A stretch of DNA of 63,193 nucleotides, filler included, from Rhabdomonas costata (taxonomy: Eukaryota): NCBI GenBank assembly GCA_019059605.1. It is 49 parts of 49 records of this genome, joined end to end, with 100 filler letters (N's around TTAATTAATTAA, not from the genome) between each part and the next. Parts side by side here need not be neighbours in the genome. Positions count along the whole stretch, not along the records: positions 49,089 to 50,279 come from JAHMHO010024235.1; positions 50,380 to 51,571 come from JAHMHO010024236.1; positions 51,672 to 52,868 come from JAHMHO010024237.1; positions 52,969 to 54,159 come from JAHMHO010024238.1; positions 54,260 to 55,450 come from JAHMHO010024239.1; positions 55,551 to 56,741 come from JAHMHO010024240.1; positions 56,842 to 58,031 come from JAHMHO010024241.1; positions 58,132 to 59,324 come from JAHMHO010024242.1; 41 more parts are not named here. One strand, written 5' to 3'. The notes beneath the pieces are model-generated. The model was not told the origin of the DNA. It did no database searches and saw only the letters and a list, made by a program, of their open reading frames with translations. Made by a program: the position numbers and the translations under genes. Shown one piece after another: positions 49,363 through 62,002 of this stretch; position 1 is the stretch's first letter, and every line of letters starts with the position of its first letter.

Positions 49363-50132
49363 GTCTTCCCGCCCGGCAGAAGGCCCTGCAAGAGCTTTTC
49401 CTCTGCTTCAGTCCGAGAGTCGAGTTTTTCCCCTCTGCTGGGATGCTTTCCTCGGCTCGGCTTGAAGAGTACTCTTTGCTGGTGGTTTTGCCAGAACCCG
49501 ATCCCCTGCTGTGGTCCGAGCTTAAAGATAACTTGTCCCAGGCACTGCTGACATCTTCAGAGCCCCTCAGGGTGTTGGGTTTTGTAGCCGTGAACGAATT
49601 ACAGAAGGCTGAAGAGTTCTTCAACTTTCCCATGTTTCCGAAGCCACCGACGTTTGCGCAAGTCTTGGAATTCCTGGAGAACTTTTCCGAAGCCCCCGCA
49701 CCCGATGGTCCCCACCTGGATGGTTCCAGCAGTGCTGTGGAGCCACGGGTTGCCTCCATGCAACCAACGAAGAGGGTGCTCGTCGCCGACGACATTAAGC
49801 TCAACCAGACCGTGTTCAAGCATATGCTGAAGCAATGGAACATCGAGGCAGATATTGCGGATAACGGGCTAGAGGCGATCTCGATGTGCGAGCAGCATGT
49901 GTACTCGGCGGTGTTCATGGATTGCCACATGCCCTTTTGCACGGGGTTTGAGGCAACCAGAAGGATCCGGCAGATGGATGGTTACCGGAACGTCCCGATC
50001 ATCGCGCTGACGGCCGCTACCTCTGAAGAGGATCGGGACGCTTGTGAGCAGTGCGGGATGTCTCACTTTCTTGCCAAACCGGTGACGTTGGCCTCACTTC
50101 GAGCTGTGCTTGGACATGCCTCGATATTATGA
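49363..50132 (+). CDS. Terminal exon with response-regulator receiver domain (hybrid histidine kinase type)
   Basis: RVLVADDIKLNQTV..ADNGLEA..VFMDCHMPFCTGFEATRRIR..VPIIALTA..GMSHFLAKPV has the acidic pair, phosphoacceptor Asp, Thr and Lys intact. Confidence 0.93.
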
Positions 50133-51815
50133 GTCACTCATGTTCTTGCTGTATAGGGTTCGTTGTACTGGTGATGTGATGTACAGTGGGTTTCCTCGAT
50201 GAGGGGTGCAACCACAGCATATATTCGTCTATCTATCTGCAGGTCTGTGGGTTGCTCCCCTCATCGAGGAAACCCACCCNNNNNNNNNNNNNNNNNNNNN
50301 NNNNNNNNNNNNNNNNNNNNNNNTTAATTAATTAANNNNNNNNNNNNNNNNNNNNNNNNNNNNNNNNNNNNNNNNNNNNGTGGGTGTGGACGAAGTTGCT
50401 GTGTTTGGTGGAATTGATGGCTGGGTGGCGTGAGTCTCACCCTAATCTGTGTGTTCGATATTGAGGTGTAAGAGGTTGCTGATTTGTGGGCTGTGTGTCG
50501 AAATGTTTGTGGATGTTGGTGGACGGTGATGACTTTAGTGTTGTTTCTTGGAGCGCTGGTTTAGGGAGTTGGAGATGGATGTGTGGGAGGTGGTGTATGG
50601 GTGAGTGGTGCTTGCGATTCGGTTGGGAATTGGAGTGTAGGTGTATCGGCCTCAACGACTTCCGTTTCGCGTTTCTAACTTGGGGTGTGGTTTGGTGGTA
50701 GTGGTTGAGTCTTGGCGTTGGGTCTTGTCTTTTGGTGGTTCTTTTTATTCTAGAGTGAGTGTTTGTGTTTTTGTATTTAGGCTTCGTGTAATTGGTCCCC
50801 TCGGTGACATAATTGAACATGGAGAAGGCAAAAAAGGTAAGGTAATAGCTGAACCTGGTCATGAGCAGACGACTGGCAATCACGTACTTGTACTAAACCA
50901 GACGGAAGTATCACCGTTTCTAAGGAGTGGAACAACTAGGCCCATGAAAAAATTATTAACGGATTTAATAGACATATTACCCATGTCCCATGTCGATAGA
51001 TGTGTATGCGTTGGATTTTTACAGTGTTCTTGTAGCTTGGTTGGTCGGAGAGGCATTTTTGGTTCAAGTGGCGGTAATCGTGCGTGTTGGACCTTGTTTT
51101 GTGGGTAGGTGTAGACGCGGTGCTATGTGGTGTGCGCTGGACTTGTTTCTGTGAGAGCGCTTTGTGTGTATCATTGACAGGTGCTGTGTGTGTATCTGTT
51201 GTGTTGGGTCTCTTCCAACCATGCCTTTCCTTCTTACCCATTCTGTTTTCGCTCGTTTGCGCGGATTTTGGGCCTCCATCTGACATTTTCTTGTGATTCC
51301 AACGTAGCACACATCGTTCTAGAGGAGTATATCACGCTGTGATAGGCTGCCGGTTTGTGAAGGAGGAAGGTATGCTGGGCCTGTTCGCCCCCATCCTTCC
51401 ACCCTACCCCCTCCTTTCAATCCCCTTTGGAGATTCAAAAAGTACGTTGAGTTATCCACACCTCCGGCTGTCTGTGGGTTCTTTTTACCCCATTTTGACA
51501 TTCTGGTGCACCGAATTTGCCACAAGATTGCGTCCTTGCTACCCGCAAAATGACGCATTTCTTCTTTCTTGNNNNNNNNNNNNNNNNNNNNNNNNNNNNN
51601 NNNNNNNNNNNNNNNTTAATTAATTAANNNNNNNNNNNNNNNNNNNNNNNNNNNNNNNNNNNNNNNNNNNNGGTTTGTGTGGAAGGGCGGTTTGCTGTTT
51701 GCCGAGGTTTGCGGTGTGCAGAGGCCCTTTTGGAGCCTCTCTTTTGTGCGTGGGGTAGGGGTTAGGGTTAGGGGGGCGTTTCTATGTGTGGTGGTGGTGG
51801 TGGTGGTGGCTGCAG

Positions 51816-51952
51816 GTACGGACCCCTTTGAACGCCTTGCTGTCGTGCTGCACACTGCTCGGGGACACTCCCCTGACCGCTGAGCAAGCGGAGTACGTGG
51901 ACATGATGCTGGCGTGCGGTTCGCAGATCACGAACAACGTGGACTTTGTGCT

Positions 51953-51988
<36 letters not shown>

Positions 51989-52710
51989 ACCCTTCCCAGT
52001 AACCATCCAACATTTCCCCACGGAACGAGACTCCTGCCATTTAAGCGCGCCGAGGCAACTGTCCTCAACTGTCCAGGCACCTGCTGGTCTCCATGTTCCA
52101 CAGGGGAAGACCTGGTTGGTTTGGCTTAGCGCCTAATCGAGACTAGCGTGATAGATCGTGATATGGATTCGAGCCAACTTCGCTGCCGTGCCAGTGTTTA
52201 CCCTTGAAACCCAACACACTGTGTGTGCGGGCGCGCGTAGCGGGCTCCCGTCTGGGAAATTGGTTCCCCTTTTGCAACCTTTATCATTTCACTGTCGGAG
52301 CTCTTGGGAGGGGGGCTGGACTTTGGCTGGACTTTTCAGCTTCTCTTCAGGTTGCATCCCCATTCCGTCAACTTGGACGGTCGCACATCGCGCTTCTTTT
52401 CAAACAAATACGCACGCTCCACGTTTTCTGTGGTTTCTCATGTTTTTCAGTGTAAGTTTTCGGTAGCTCGGCATCTTCTGGCCTGCTGTTCGTGGTTGCT
52501 TGTTACCTCTTCTCAGGAGAACGCACGGCTGAGCCACAACCAGGTACTTCTGCAGCAAATGCCCTTCTCGCTGCGTACGGTGTGCCAGGAGGCGCTGGCG
52601 ATGGTGCAACACGTGGCGAGCCGGAAGGGGGTGGGTCTGGGTCTGGAGTGCCCGCCACAGCTGCCGCTGGTGGTGGGGGACCCCTCGCGGCTGAAACAGG
52701 CCCTTCTGAA
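51816..52710 (+). CDS. Histidine kinase HisKA to start of HATPase, internal exons
   Basis: Exons 51816-51953 (VRTPLNALLSCCTLLGDTPLTAEQAEYVDMM..) and 52517-52710 (..PFSLRTV..VVGDPSRLKQALL N); spliceosomal GT-AG introns show it is eukaryotic. Confidence 0.92.
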
Positions 52711-52968
52711 GTACGTACGTGTATGTGCGCTCGCTCAACTTCCAGTGGAATTAGAGATGTGCGTGGTGAATATGTGTGGGGCTTAACACAGTTATAGAAG
52801 GAGAGCAAAAAAATATGAAACTTGGAAAATGGGTTCGGGTGCAAGAAGAATTCATAGTGAAACACAAANNNNNNNNNNNNNNNNNNNNNNNNNNNNNNNN
52901 NNNNNNNNNNNNTTAATTAATTAANNNNNNNNNNNNNNNNNNNNNNNNNNNNNNNNNNNNNNNNNNNN

Positions 52969-54159
52969 GAATGGGAGCGTTGAAAAAGGTTCTTCGGTTC
53001 ATTTGAATTCGAAGAATTTGTCGAACTTGCAGAGTTACACCACCTAGGCAGGAATCCCCGGTGGACAGTCAAGTTGCCCCGACAGTATGCATGGGAATTC
53101 AGGTCACCTGATGGTTCAACCATCAAGTTTGAAGTTTATGACGTGAATCCATTATTGTCGGTTGTAAAGTTTTTCAGCGGGGACGCAGACTTGCAGATCA
53201 ATGAGGTGGACCGTGAAAGGTAAATCCACCAGCTGAGATTTGAACCTAGTAACGCCGGAATGTCCTTTGAAGCTATGTTGCAGAGGTTCCTTGGAGTCCT
53301 CGGGCAGCTGAAGCCCAACAAAATCCTCGTTAAATGGAACACTGAGGAGGCTGAGCTGCTGAGCAAGTTCCTCCATTTAAATGCCAGAGTTGCACATCCT
53401 CCATTCCCGCCGATACTCCCCTGTCACAGGGTTCGAGTCAAGAAGCCGTGAGCCCTTGGCCCCGAAGTACAGAAGACCATCCCTGGCCATCTCAGTCAAG
53501 TTGTAAAGGCCACATGTGGATGTCACCGAGGACAACACTGCGGAAATCCGAAAAAGCCGAAGCCAGAAAATGTGGACCACTGCAGCCTTGTGGAATATTT
53601 GTACTACGCCCTGTACGGGTTACCAGGGGCAAAGTAGGTCCGTTTCCTAAGAGCAAGTACCCCTCGTTTATGAGATACTCATCCCGTGAAGACCAGGAAT
53701 GGGATCCCGCTGAGTATGCGCGGTTTATAGAAGACGTGTACCGACAGTGAAGGGGTTGAAGGAGAAGTGGCATGGATGGTGGTCATATATACTGTGTGAA
53801 TCCCTGTTGAACTTTCTTCCCTTGAGCCGCATCGAAAGAGAGAATAGAAGAGGAGTTGCATGGTTGCAGCGGATGGAGACTGGTATCACATTGCATTGGA
53901 TTGAAGAATAATTGACTTAGACTACAAAGTTTGCATGGTGAGCAGTAGGATAAGGTGAGCCGTTAGGTGATCGGAAGTTTCGTCGGTTGTTGAGTACACC
54001 TCCTTCCTAGCAGGGGATGGTGTAACGGCTCAGGACGGGTAGGTATCACGTATGCAAGAGAAGTTGTTTCGCGACAGCTCGGTGGTTTTGAAAGAGATTC
54101 CGTAAGGGAATGTTGAGCTCAGAGCGGGCTTTACCGGCTCTGTGTCTTTACACAAAACA
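52969..54159 (+). mobile_element. Probable 3' end of an LTR retrotransposon: decayed extra ORF (52969-~53750), PPT (~54009-54020), LTR from 54021
   Basis: Intronless frame with scattered stops, followed by AGCAGGGGATGG|TGTAAC, the usual PPT-TG junction of Ty3/gypsy elements. Confidence 0.6.
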
Positions 54160-54356
54160 NNNNNNNNNNNNNNNNNNNNNNNNNNNNNNNNNNNNNNNNN
54201 NNNTTAATTAATTAANNNNNNNNNNNNNNNNNNNNNNNNNNNNNNNNNNNNNNNNNNNNGGGTGTGGGGGTGTGGGGTTCAGATTCTCCTCTCCCATTCA
54301 GCCCACCACATCTCCACATCTCTTGATCTCCCTGTGTGTGGTTGTGGGACTTGCAG

Positions 54357-55171
54357 TACACTCCGCTTACGTTTCTCCCGCTGAACTTGCTGGAGCAGTT
54401 TCACCGGCTGGCGAACTTCTTCTTCCTCCTTGTGGTGATTCTGAACTTTGTCCTGAATGTGTTTGGAAAGGAGCTCGGGGTGTTCCCTCTGGCGTTTGTG
54501 CTGGCGTGCACCGCAGTGAAGGACGCATACGAGGACTGGAGGAGACACAGGTGCACGTTGGAGCACAATTTTGACCCAAGTTTTATCCTGATGTTTCGAA
54601 ACTATTCCTTTCGCTCAACCTGAAAATTACACCATTCACAGCATATGCCCTTGCGGCATATCCTCGGGCTATTTGCTGCGGGATGTTTCAGAAAATCCTA
54701 TTACATGCTCTCTTTCTGTCGCGGCTAACAAGCAGATGCAGCGTTGACTTGCAAAATGGGATGAGGGGAATGTCTTGGACGTTGTGGTAGAAGGTCGGAG
54801 AAGGTTGCAATTTTGGAATTGTGTCACCCCCCCCCAATGCTCGTATTGCACAACGTGCCTAAACTGCGTTTTGTCCATGAGGGGATCCTTCTGAGAGAAC
54901 TCGGCCGCAAAGTTTCGTTTGCTGCTGGGATAGGGGGATACGGGGACTCCCTGAAAGCACTCTGGCAGCTGACAGTCAGAAACCAAGAATTGACGTGCGG
55001 TTATGGGCGAATCGGAAAAAACTACGGCCACTCATTGATCTCTTTTCCTGCAGGTCGGATCGTGAGGTCAACAACCGTCTGTGCGCCCGCCTCGGTAAAA
55101 ACGGCGAGGAAATGCCGTGGAAGTGGCACAAGCTGTGCGTTGGGGACTTGGTGAAGATCCGCAGGGATGAG
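54357..55171 (+). CDS. P4-type ATPase (phospholipid flippase), N-terminal exons
   Basis: Exons 54357-54550 (YTPLTFLPLNLLEQFHRLANFFFL..PLAFVLACTAVKDAYEDWRRHR) and 55054-55171 (SDREVNN..WHKLCVGDLVKI). Confidence 0.95.
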
Positions 55172-56050
55172 GTCGCCGAACATCGCGTTTCCTTTCGCAC
55201 AGATAAGGACACAATCTAAATTTGAATTTTCTACGGAGAGGTGAGGGAGTGAGACATAGCCAACGTGGAACTCTCAGGGTATGGACTGTCGGGGGGACAG
55301 GGATGGAGGGAGAGAGCCAGGGAGGGAGAAAGTAGACTCTTTCCACTTGGCCAGAAAGTTGGAAGTGAAAATTGTTTCCGAAACAAAATTGTGTCGCCAC
55401 CGCCAGTCCATACCCTGAGAGTTCCACGTTGGCTATGTCTCACCCCAACANNNNNNNNNNNNNNNNNNNNNNNNNNNNNNNNNNNNNNNNNNNNTTAATT
55501 AATTAANNNNNNNNNNNNNNNNNNNNNNNNNNNNNNNNNNNNNNNNNNNNTCATCCGTTTGAAAACAAACAATGATCTGAGGGGCGAAAACGAAAGCGAG
55601 GAGCTACATGTATGAAGGCAAACGGGATAGGACAGGGCATGAATTAGGGAGGGGGGGAGGGGTCACATAGAATCGATCTTATCCTTCGTTACATAGCTTC
55701 TCTGCAGTTTGGAATGAAGTGACAGCCCGCTGCTCCGCGGCTCCCTTATTTGACGCGAGTTTAAGGAATGAGGGATATTCACGAAATTTTAAAACAGAAG
55801 GCTCGTTGTGGGAGAAAGAACACGCATCTGGTCTGCTCAACAAAGTGTTCGTGAACAAACAATCAATGAACCCCCATAACTCAAATTAATCGCAAACGCC
55901 ATGTGCGAGACACACGGACAAGACAAAGCAACGACACAGGGGTGGATTCTACACCAGATATCTCGAAAATACTCGGCCTGCAAAGCGGGACCAGGGTGGA
56001 AGATGCAAGGGAAAGCAAAGCCCAGCCCAGCCAACCCAGCTCCCAGTTCT

Positions 56051-56741
56051 TCAGCTTCCCCTAGGGCGAGCCCGTGCTTCTGCAGGAAGTGCAGCTTGTG
56101 AGGAGCTTGGCTGAGCTCGTTCCAGTTGCTCCTCCCAAAGATTGTCCGCAATCGTCAGCTGAGACAGCAGAGCTCCCATGAAGTTAATCAAAGCCACGGT
56201 GGTCATCAGCACCCCCACCCCATAGACGCGGCTGTGAGATTGGAAATTTGTAATATTGGAGAAAACCAAAGTAAAATGCCCGTGGCTCTGGATTGTACCA
56301 TTGGAACATGGGCATTGAGGTGGTATGAGGTAACTGCAGAGACCCTCGGAGAGGTGTTCCCGCCCCCTGGGAAGGCCGCCCCCCTGTGGTGCCCTTCCCT
56401 TTGATGATTAGCCAACATAATACATTCCCCTTGAAAACGCCCTTCACGGCATGCGGATTTTCTCTCTGCTCGCACTTGTGCGCGGCAGCATTGCTTATCC
56501 AACGCCAGTTAACAGTTGAAAAAAGAGTCAGGCGTGTCAATTCTGAAAATTGAAGCCCGTCTGTCCTTCACCGGGCTGGAAAAAGTGAAACCGAGGGCAA
56601 GGTCCTGAAAAGAGAGAGCAGAAGGAAGAAAGGCGGGGCAGGGCCCCCGAGGCTCTTGGCATACCCCATCACTTCGAAGATCCAGATCCCACAGACCGCG
56701 CCGAGCTTCCCCATGGCCGCCGCCAGCCCACTCAGGCTGGA
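56051..56741 (-). CDS. MFS transporter, PHT1/PHO84 phosphate-transporter-like, last two exons
   Basis: Exon ending 56665 (SSLSGLAAAMGKLGAVCGIWIF) and exon 56231-56051 (YGVGVLMTTVALINFMGALLSQL..*) match the GISAAxGKxGAIVG motif and final TM helix. Confidence 0.75.
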
Positions 56742-57687
56742 NNNNNNNNNNNNNNNNNNNNNNNNNNNNNNNNNNNNNNNNNNNNTTAATTAATTAANNN
56801 NNNNNNNNNNNNNNNNNNNNNNNNNNNNNNNNNNNNNNNNNTGGTTTTGCGCCACGTAGCACCACGCTATTCGTGCACTGACTCCAGCTGTGCTGGGCCA
56901 AAATGCCATGAATCCCAACTTTGGCGTCACGGAACCATCACATTGTCAGAGGAAGCACGAGCCCACCCTCAAACACGAGCAGAAGATATACATGACAGCA
57001 ATATAACAGCCATGGTAATGCTTTGGCTTTGGCTGGGTTGGGTTTGGTAGCGGAAGTTGTTGACATTAGAAAATGATGTTGCGGTACGCAAGGGGAAATA
57101 GAGATTTTCATGAAGAGGGGGGGGGGAGATCGACAGGACATCCACAGTACACAGGGGCACAGCTAACAAAACACCACTGCGGCATGCCTGGTTTGCACAC
57201 GTTAGCGCCAGGCTGGCGTGCAGGCTGTGCTCGACGTTTGGGTGGTGCGTTCTTTCAGGTTGTGCTGTTGCCAACGGTGCCTTCAAGCCAAGATTGGCTT
57301 CATGAAACCACCACAACATACGCCAGAGGATGAACAAGCCAACCCTCAAGCACAGCCAAGAGATTAGCATACCGGCAACAACGCACTTGTGGTATTGGTA
57401 GTCCTATGGCGTGGCAAGCAGTCACATTTAATTCAAGAACCAGCCCACCGCAACCAACGACCCCCCCCCAAGAAAAAAAACAGCAGAAGAACAAAAGACT
57501 CTTTTCAGTCCTCCAACAAAGGCAGCACAGAAATAAAGGGTCTGGAATCCACACCCCTCCCGCTGCGTGGAAACAAAACGCCGTCAATGAAACCCAGCTG
57601 CAGGATTCTTCCCAGTTTCCGGAAAGCAAATCAAGATTTCCTGGCACAACGCCTACCTTACACCTTTGCAACTCTGCAGGAGCGCAC

Positions 57688-57953
57688 CTGTTTTGCGACG
57701 GCCTCCGTGATCAGCAAGGGCACCCCAAGCGCCTTGCACGCCACCTTCTGCAGCGCTACCGCCTGCCCCACGGCCTCCCCCACCACAACAAACCACTTCA
57801 CCACATCGCTCCCCATGTTCCCAAAGGTCACCATGGAGCTGGCGATGCCCACCCGCAGACCCAGCAAAGAGTCCTCTGCAGCCGCGGGAGGCTCCGAGGA
57901 AGGCGTTTCGGGGCGTAGCGGAGGGGTGGTCACGAGGTATGCCAAATGTCGCC
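57688..57953 (-). CDS. Class III nucleotidyl cyclase-like domain, catalytically degenerate; paralog of 675-1192
   Basis: LGLRVGIASSMVTFGNMGSDVVKWFVVVGEAVGQAVALQKVACKALGVPLLITEAVAKQ|GT aligns without gaps to the contig-1 copy. The 5' boundary is approximate. Confidence 0.82.
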
Positions 57954-60715
57954 CTGGGGAAATCTCCCCTGAAGAAAATGCTGCCCTTCGCGAGGTGAAG
58001 GGGGCAAGCTGAAACGTGCTCCACTGCGACANNNNNNNNNNNNNNNNNNNNNNNNNNNNNNNNNNNNNNNNNNNNTTAATTAATTAANNNNNNNNNNNNN
58101 NNNNNNNNNNNNNNNNNNNNNNNNNNNNNNNGCGAGTAAAACATGATGGAACATGTAACATCGATATGGTGTGTGCTCATATTATTTTGAAGTTGATGAG
58201 TGTCACGTTGAGTTTGTATTGAGTCGAATCTATTCTAACTAGTTCACTCTGAGTTCCTAACAACGATAGAGTGTTTGAAGGTCTAAACAGTTGTCCGAAA
58301 GAGTTTGTTCCCATAAAAACACCAAATAACAGGAGAAAGGTTACACACAAAAGAACGTGTTTCGAAAAATAAACAAACCAAACCAAACCAAACCAACACA
58401 AAAACAAGCAAGCAAGCAAGCAAGCAAGCAAACAAACAAACCAATTACACAAAGTCGAAACATAAATGAGCGCTGGAAAACAAAACGACAGCTAGATGTA
58501 GCAACGACTTTAATCACACGTCTTGAAAATACGGAAGGCTCCGCGTTTAGTGAAAGCATTCATCTGCAATATATTCCACTCTGAATGATACATTTGCACA
58601 GAAAAACACATATCAAAATGATACTAAAAATAACCCTCCGCTCTGCTGTGAACCATTGCGTTGTGAAACAGCAGGCAAATCAAAAAACACATATTGCAAC
58701 GTCCACTGTTGAGGTGTATCCTTTGTCGAACATTAAAGAAGGCAGGAATCATTAGTGAACATTTTATAACTACGTAGATGAGCAGAAGGAAAATGATGGA
58801 CGTGGTACCGAAACAATATTTCCAGGAGACAGAGTCAGCGGCTGAGTTTATGCCAAAATACCGGAAATAGAAATCGATACATCGATACATCGATACATAT
58901 TATGTCGACAAACAGAACACACACGTCATCAAACTGTCAGGTGCATTCCGCTGAAATTTGGATGGAGAGTGAGAGAAATAGTGGACAATAATAAAAAACA
59001 TATATTGATGTGTTTCCACAAAAACTAAACCATATTCAACTTCAGAACAAGTAAGGTGCGTTCAACAAATTCTCCAAGTTAGGCAAACGATGTTGAGCGC
59101 GTCCAGCATTGTTTGCTACCGAACCGTAAACATCAATAATCAGACTAAAGTCTAAAAACACTGCTGTGAAATATTTCTACGCTTATTTATGCATGTCAAA
59201 AAACACTTCCAAAACGAAACATGGTACACTCAAACAATAACACTGAAGTCTTGCACTGGCAGAAAGCAAACGTCAAACGCTTCCAGTACTGTAATTACGC
59301 TTATTGTTTCATCTACACACAGGANNNNNNNNNNNNNNNNNNNNNNNNNNNNNNNNNNNNNNNNNNNNTTAATTAATTAANNNNNNNNNNNNNNNNNNNN
59401 NNNNNNNNNNNNNNNNNNNNNNNNGTTTTGGTTTTCTGGGTGTGGGTGTTGACAGGTTGACTCATGTGGGTGTCGTATATATACCCTCCACTGTGCTGCG
59501 CAAGGATGATTTAAAAAAGGGAAGGGCACGAGTGCCGCCTGAGGGTAAAAGGTTTCACTGGTTACGAAGCGCTTCGAGAGGCCCATTGTAACCAGACATC
59601 ACGGCTTTGCCCTCACTTGTTTTGGATGGTCCTCCAGCACACCGACGGAGAGGCTCCCTCCTGCGCGAGAAGATGCGAAGCCTGGCGCCTGCTTTGGCGC
59701 CCGTCTGGAACCCGAGGGGTGGGGGTGCGGTAGTCCCTGCGCCGCCGTGAGAACGAACAAAGCCCAGGAAGCCCAAAAATGCACAGATTCTGCCGTAGTG
59801 ACCTCATCACTCACACCTGCTGCAGCTCCCCGAGTAGGTAGATGGTACTGTTCTTCCGTCCTGCATTTTCCTTCGGACCAATTAAGATTGCGGGGGCGGG
59901 GTGGGGTGCTACTTGTTAGCGATAGTGATCGACCATTCTCTTAGTGGGTGAATCAAACGTAACGGCGGCGATAAAAATGCGCACACCATTCAAATCGTAG
60001 TTGAGGGGAAGGAGGATGGGTAGGAGGCGAATCCACGCAGAACCCGTGCTACAGTCCCGAACGACAACTGACATATGCCGGAAACATTCAAAGATTAAAT
60101 CCATGAGGTACCGAATAATTGTCTTCTAAAGTCTACTTGCGTAGTTTTTTGTGGTCGGAAGAAACATACAAATGCTCACTATTGCCACTATTGAGGCGAA
60201 AACCACACCAACCCGATGTCTCGGGCGGCATTCAAGGGCAACATACACCAGTACAGATGTACTTACACAAGTAGACATGCACTCGCATTCACACAATGTA
60301 CCTCAGAGAGGGCTGCAGGGAATGAGCCCTCCGCAGGGGTGCTTCAGCCTCCAGCCTCACCACAGAGGCGCGAGGCCCCTGCAAAGGAACAATCCAAGAC
60401 CACCTTCTCTGGTCAGCACACGAACCTCTCGATGCTTTAGTTTCTGTCTGCTTTACCTGGCTGCGACTGCGCAACTTCCTTTTGCCTCCCTTCGATTTCC
60501 TCCCCCTTGCCGTATCAGCTGGAACATTTTGACTGCAGCACCACTCACTTCTGGACCCACCGCCAGTGTCCATCTTCCGTATTTCTTTCCCCTTTCTTTC
60601 TCATGCACCCCCCCCNNNNNNNNNNNNNNNNNNNNNNNNNNNNNNNNNNNNNNNNNNNNTTAATTAATTAANNNNNNNNNNNNNNNNNNNNNNNNNNNNN
60701 NNNNNNNNNNNNNNN

Positions 60716-61775
60716 GTGGGGGATCTTCTTCTACTGGTGGCTGGTATTCTTGCTGTACACCAGCTTCGACACCTTCCTGGGGGTGATGCTGGTCGTGCTG
60801 ATGCCCAACGAGCAGGCCGCTAACGTGCTGGGCATTGGGCTGACCATGATCTGGAACATTGGCTCTGGGTTCATGATCCCCTACGACCAGATGCCCAAGG
60901 CGTGGCAATGGCTGTACTGGATCTCTCCTCCGGGCTACGCTCTGCAAGGCGTGCTCTCCACTCAGTTCTACTGCGAGGGCTTGGGATGCCCTACGATGAC
61001 GGTGCGCGTGTTTCCTTGCTTCCTCCCGAGGACGCACGACCTTGCATGACATCCGCGCGGTGTTGACGTTGTATGTTGCATCCGAAATCTGTTCGTGCAC
61101 TTTTTTCCATCAATGGATTTTGTTGTCGGTGCATATGTGATTATTATTAGGCCAATTGCTTTGAAAAAAATCGATTTTACGCTGAAATACACGTATTTCT
61201 CCCAGAAGGCATTGGTTTATTGCAGGTGCTCAGACAGGTTGAAATTTATTCTCCCCAGCCTAAATCTAGCCCTTTCAGGATGCTTGGACGAGAAGCGGTT
61301 TATACAAAAACGCGGAAGCGGCAGAACTGAAGACCCCGTCACAGTGCCACAACCCGTCAGTGCAGCAGCCGGGACCGCCGCCCAACCCTAGTAGTCCAGT
61401 TCAACCTCAATCCAATTCAGAGGGAGTGTCATCTGGCATTGACAGCCTGTCCGCTTAACTAGTTTGTCAATGCTCAGCAGCTAAAATTACTGAGGTCGTA
61501 TTGCTCAGGGCAATGGGTTTTGGTACCACTTCTGATCCAGTTCCCCCCAGCAAGCCAGCCGAGAATTATTCCTTTGTTGCGGCGCTTCTTCCTGTTAGGT
61601 CGTGAACTCCACGGGGGACTCCTCGACGACCAGCGTGTGGGAATACACCAGCTCGAACTTCGGGTTGCACTACGACCGCCGGTGGATTGCCGTGGGCGCG
61701 CTAGTCTTCTGCTTAGTGCTGACCCGTGTGCTCACCCTTCTGGGCCTGCGCTTCGTGTGTCACCTCAAGCGCTGA
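60716..61775 (+). CDS. PDR-type ABCG transporter, C-terminal exons
   Basis: Exon ending 61001 (..MPNEQAANVLG..SGFMIPYDQMPKAWQWLYWISPPGYALQGVLSTQFYC) and exon 61599-61775 (..YTSSNFGLHYDRRW..LLGLRFVCHLKR*). Confidence 0.93.
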
Positions 61776-62002
61776 GAAATTAATCATCCAAACAGACGCG
61801 TGCGCACTTCACAGACTCACAGACACCACAGCTCTCACAGGCACGTACTACCACCGACACCTTAGCTACGCACCCACACGATATATGCCCGCCCAAAAAA
61901 CANNNNNNNNNNNNNNNNNNNNNNNNNNNNNNNNNNNNNNNNNNNNTTAATTAATTAANNNNNNNNNNNNNNNNNNNNNNNNNNNNNNNNNNNNNNNNNN
62001 NN

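Noticed and set aside
51751-51775. TTAGGG telomeric repeats
   Set aside because: Only about two copies, inside an intron of the histidine kinase gene.
49089-52868. Histidine kinase and receiver as a linked operon-like cluster
   Set aside because: They lie on separate contigs ordered roughly by length; no synteny can be inferred across linkers.
1193-62002. Regularly spaced TTAATTAATTAA repeats as a CRISPR-like array or biological repeat
   Set aside because: Always embedded in fixed-length N runs; it is a concatenation linker.
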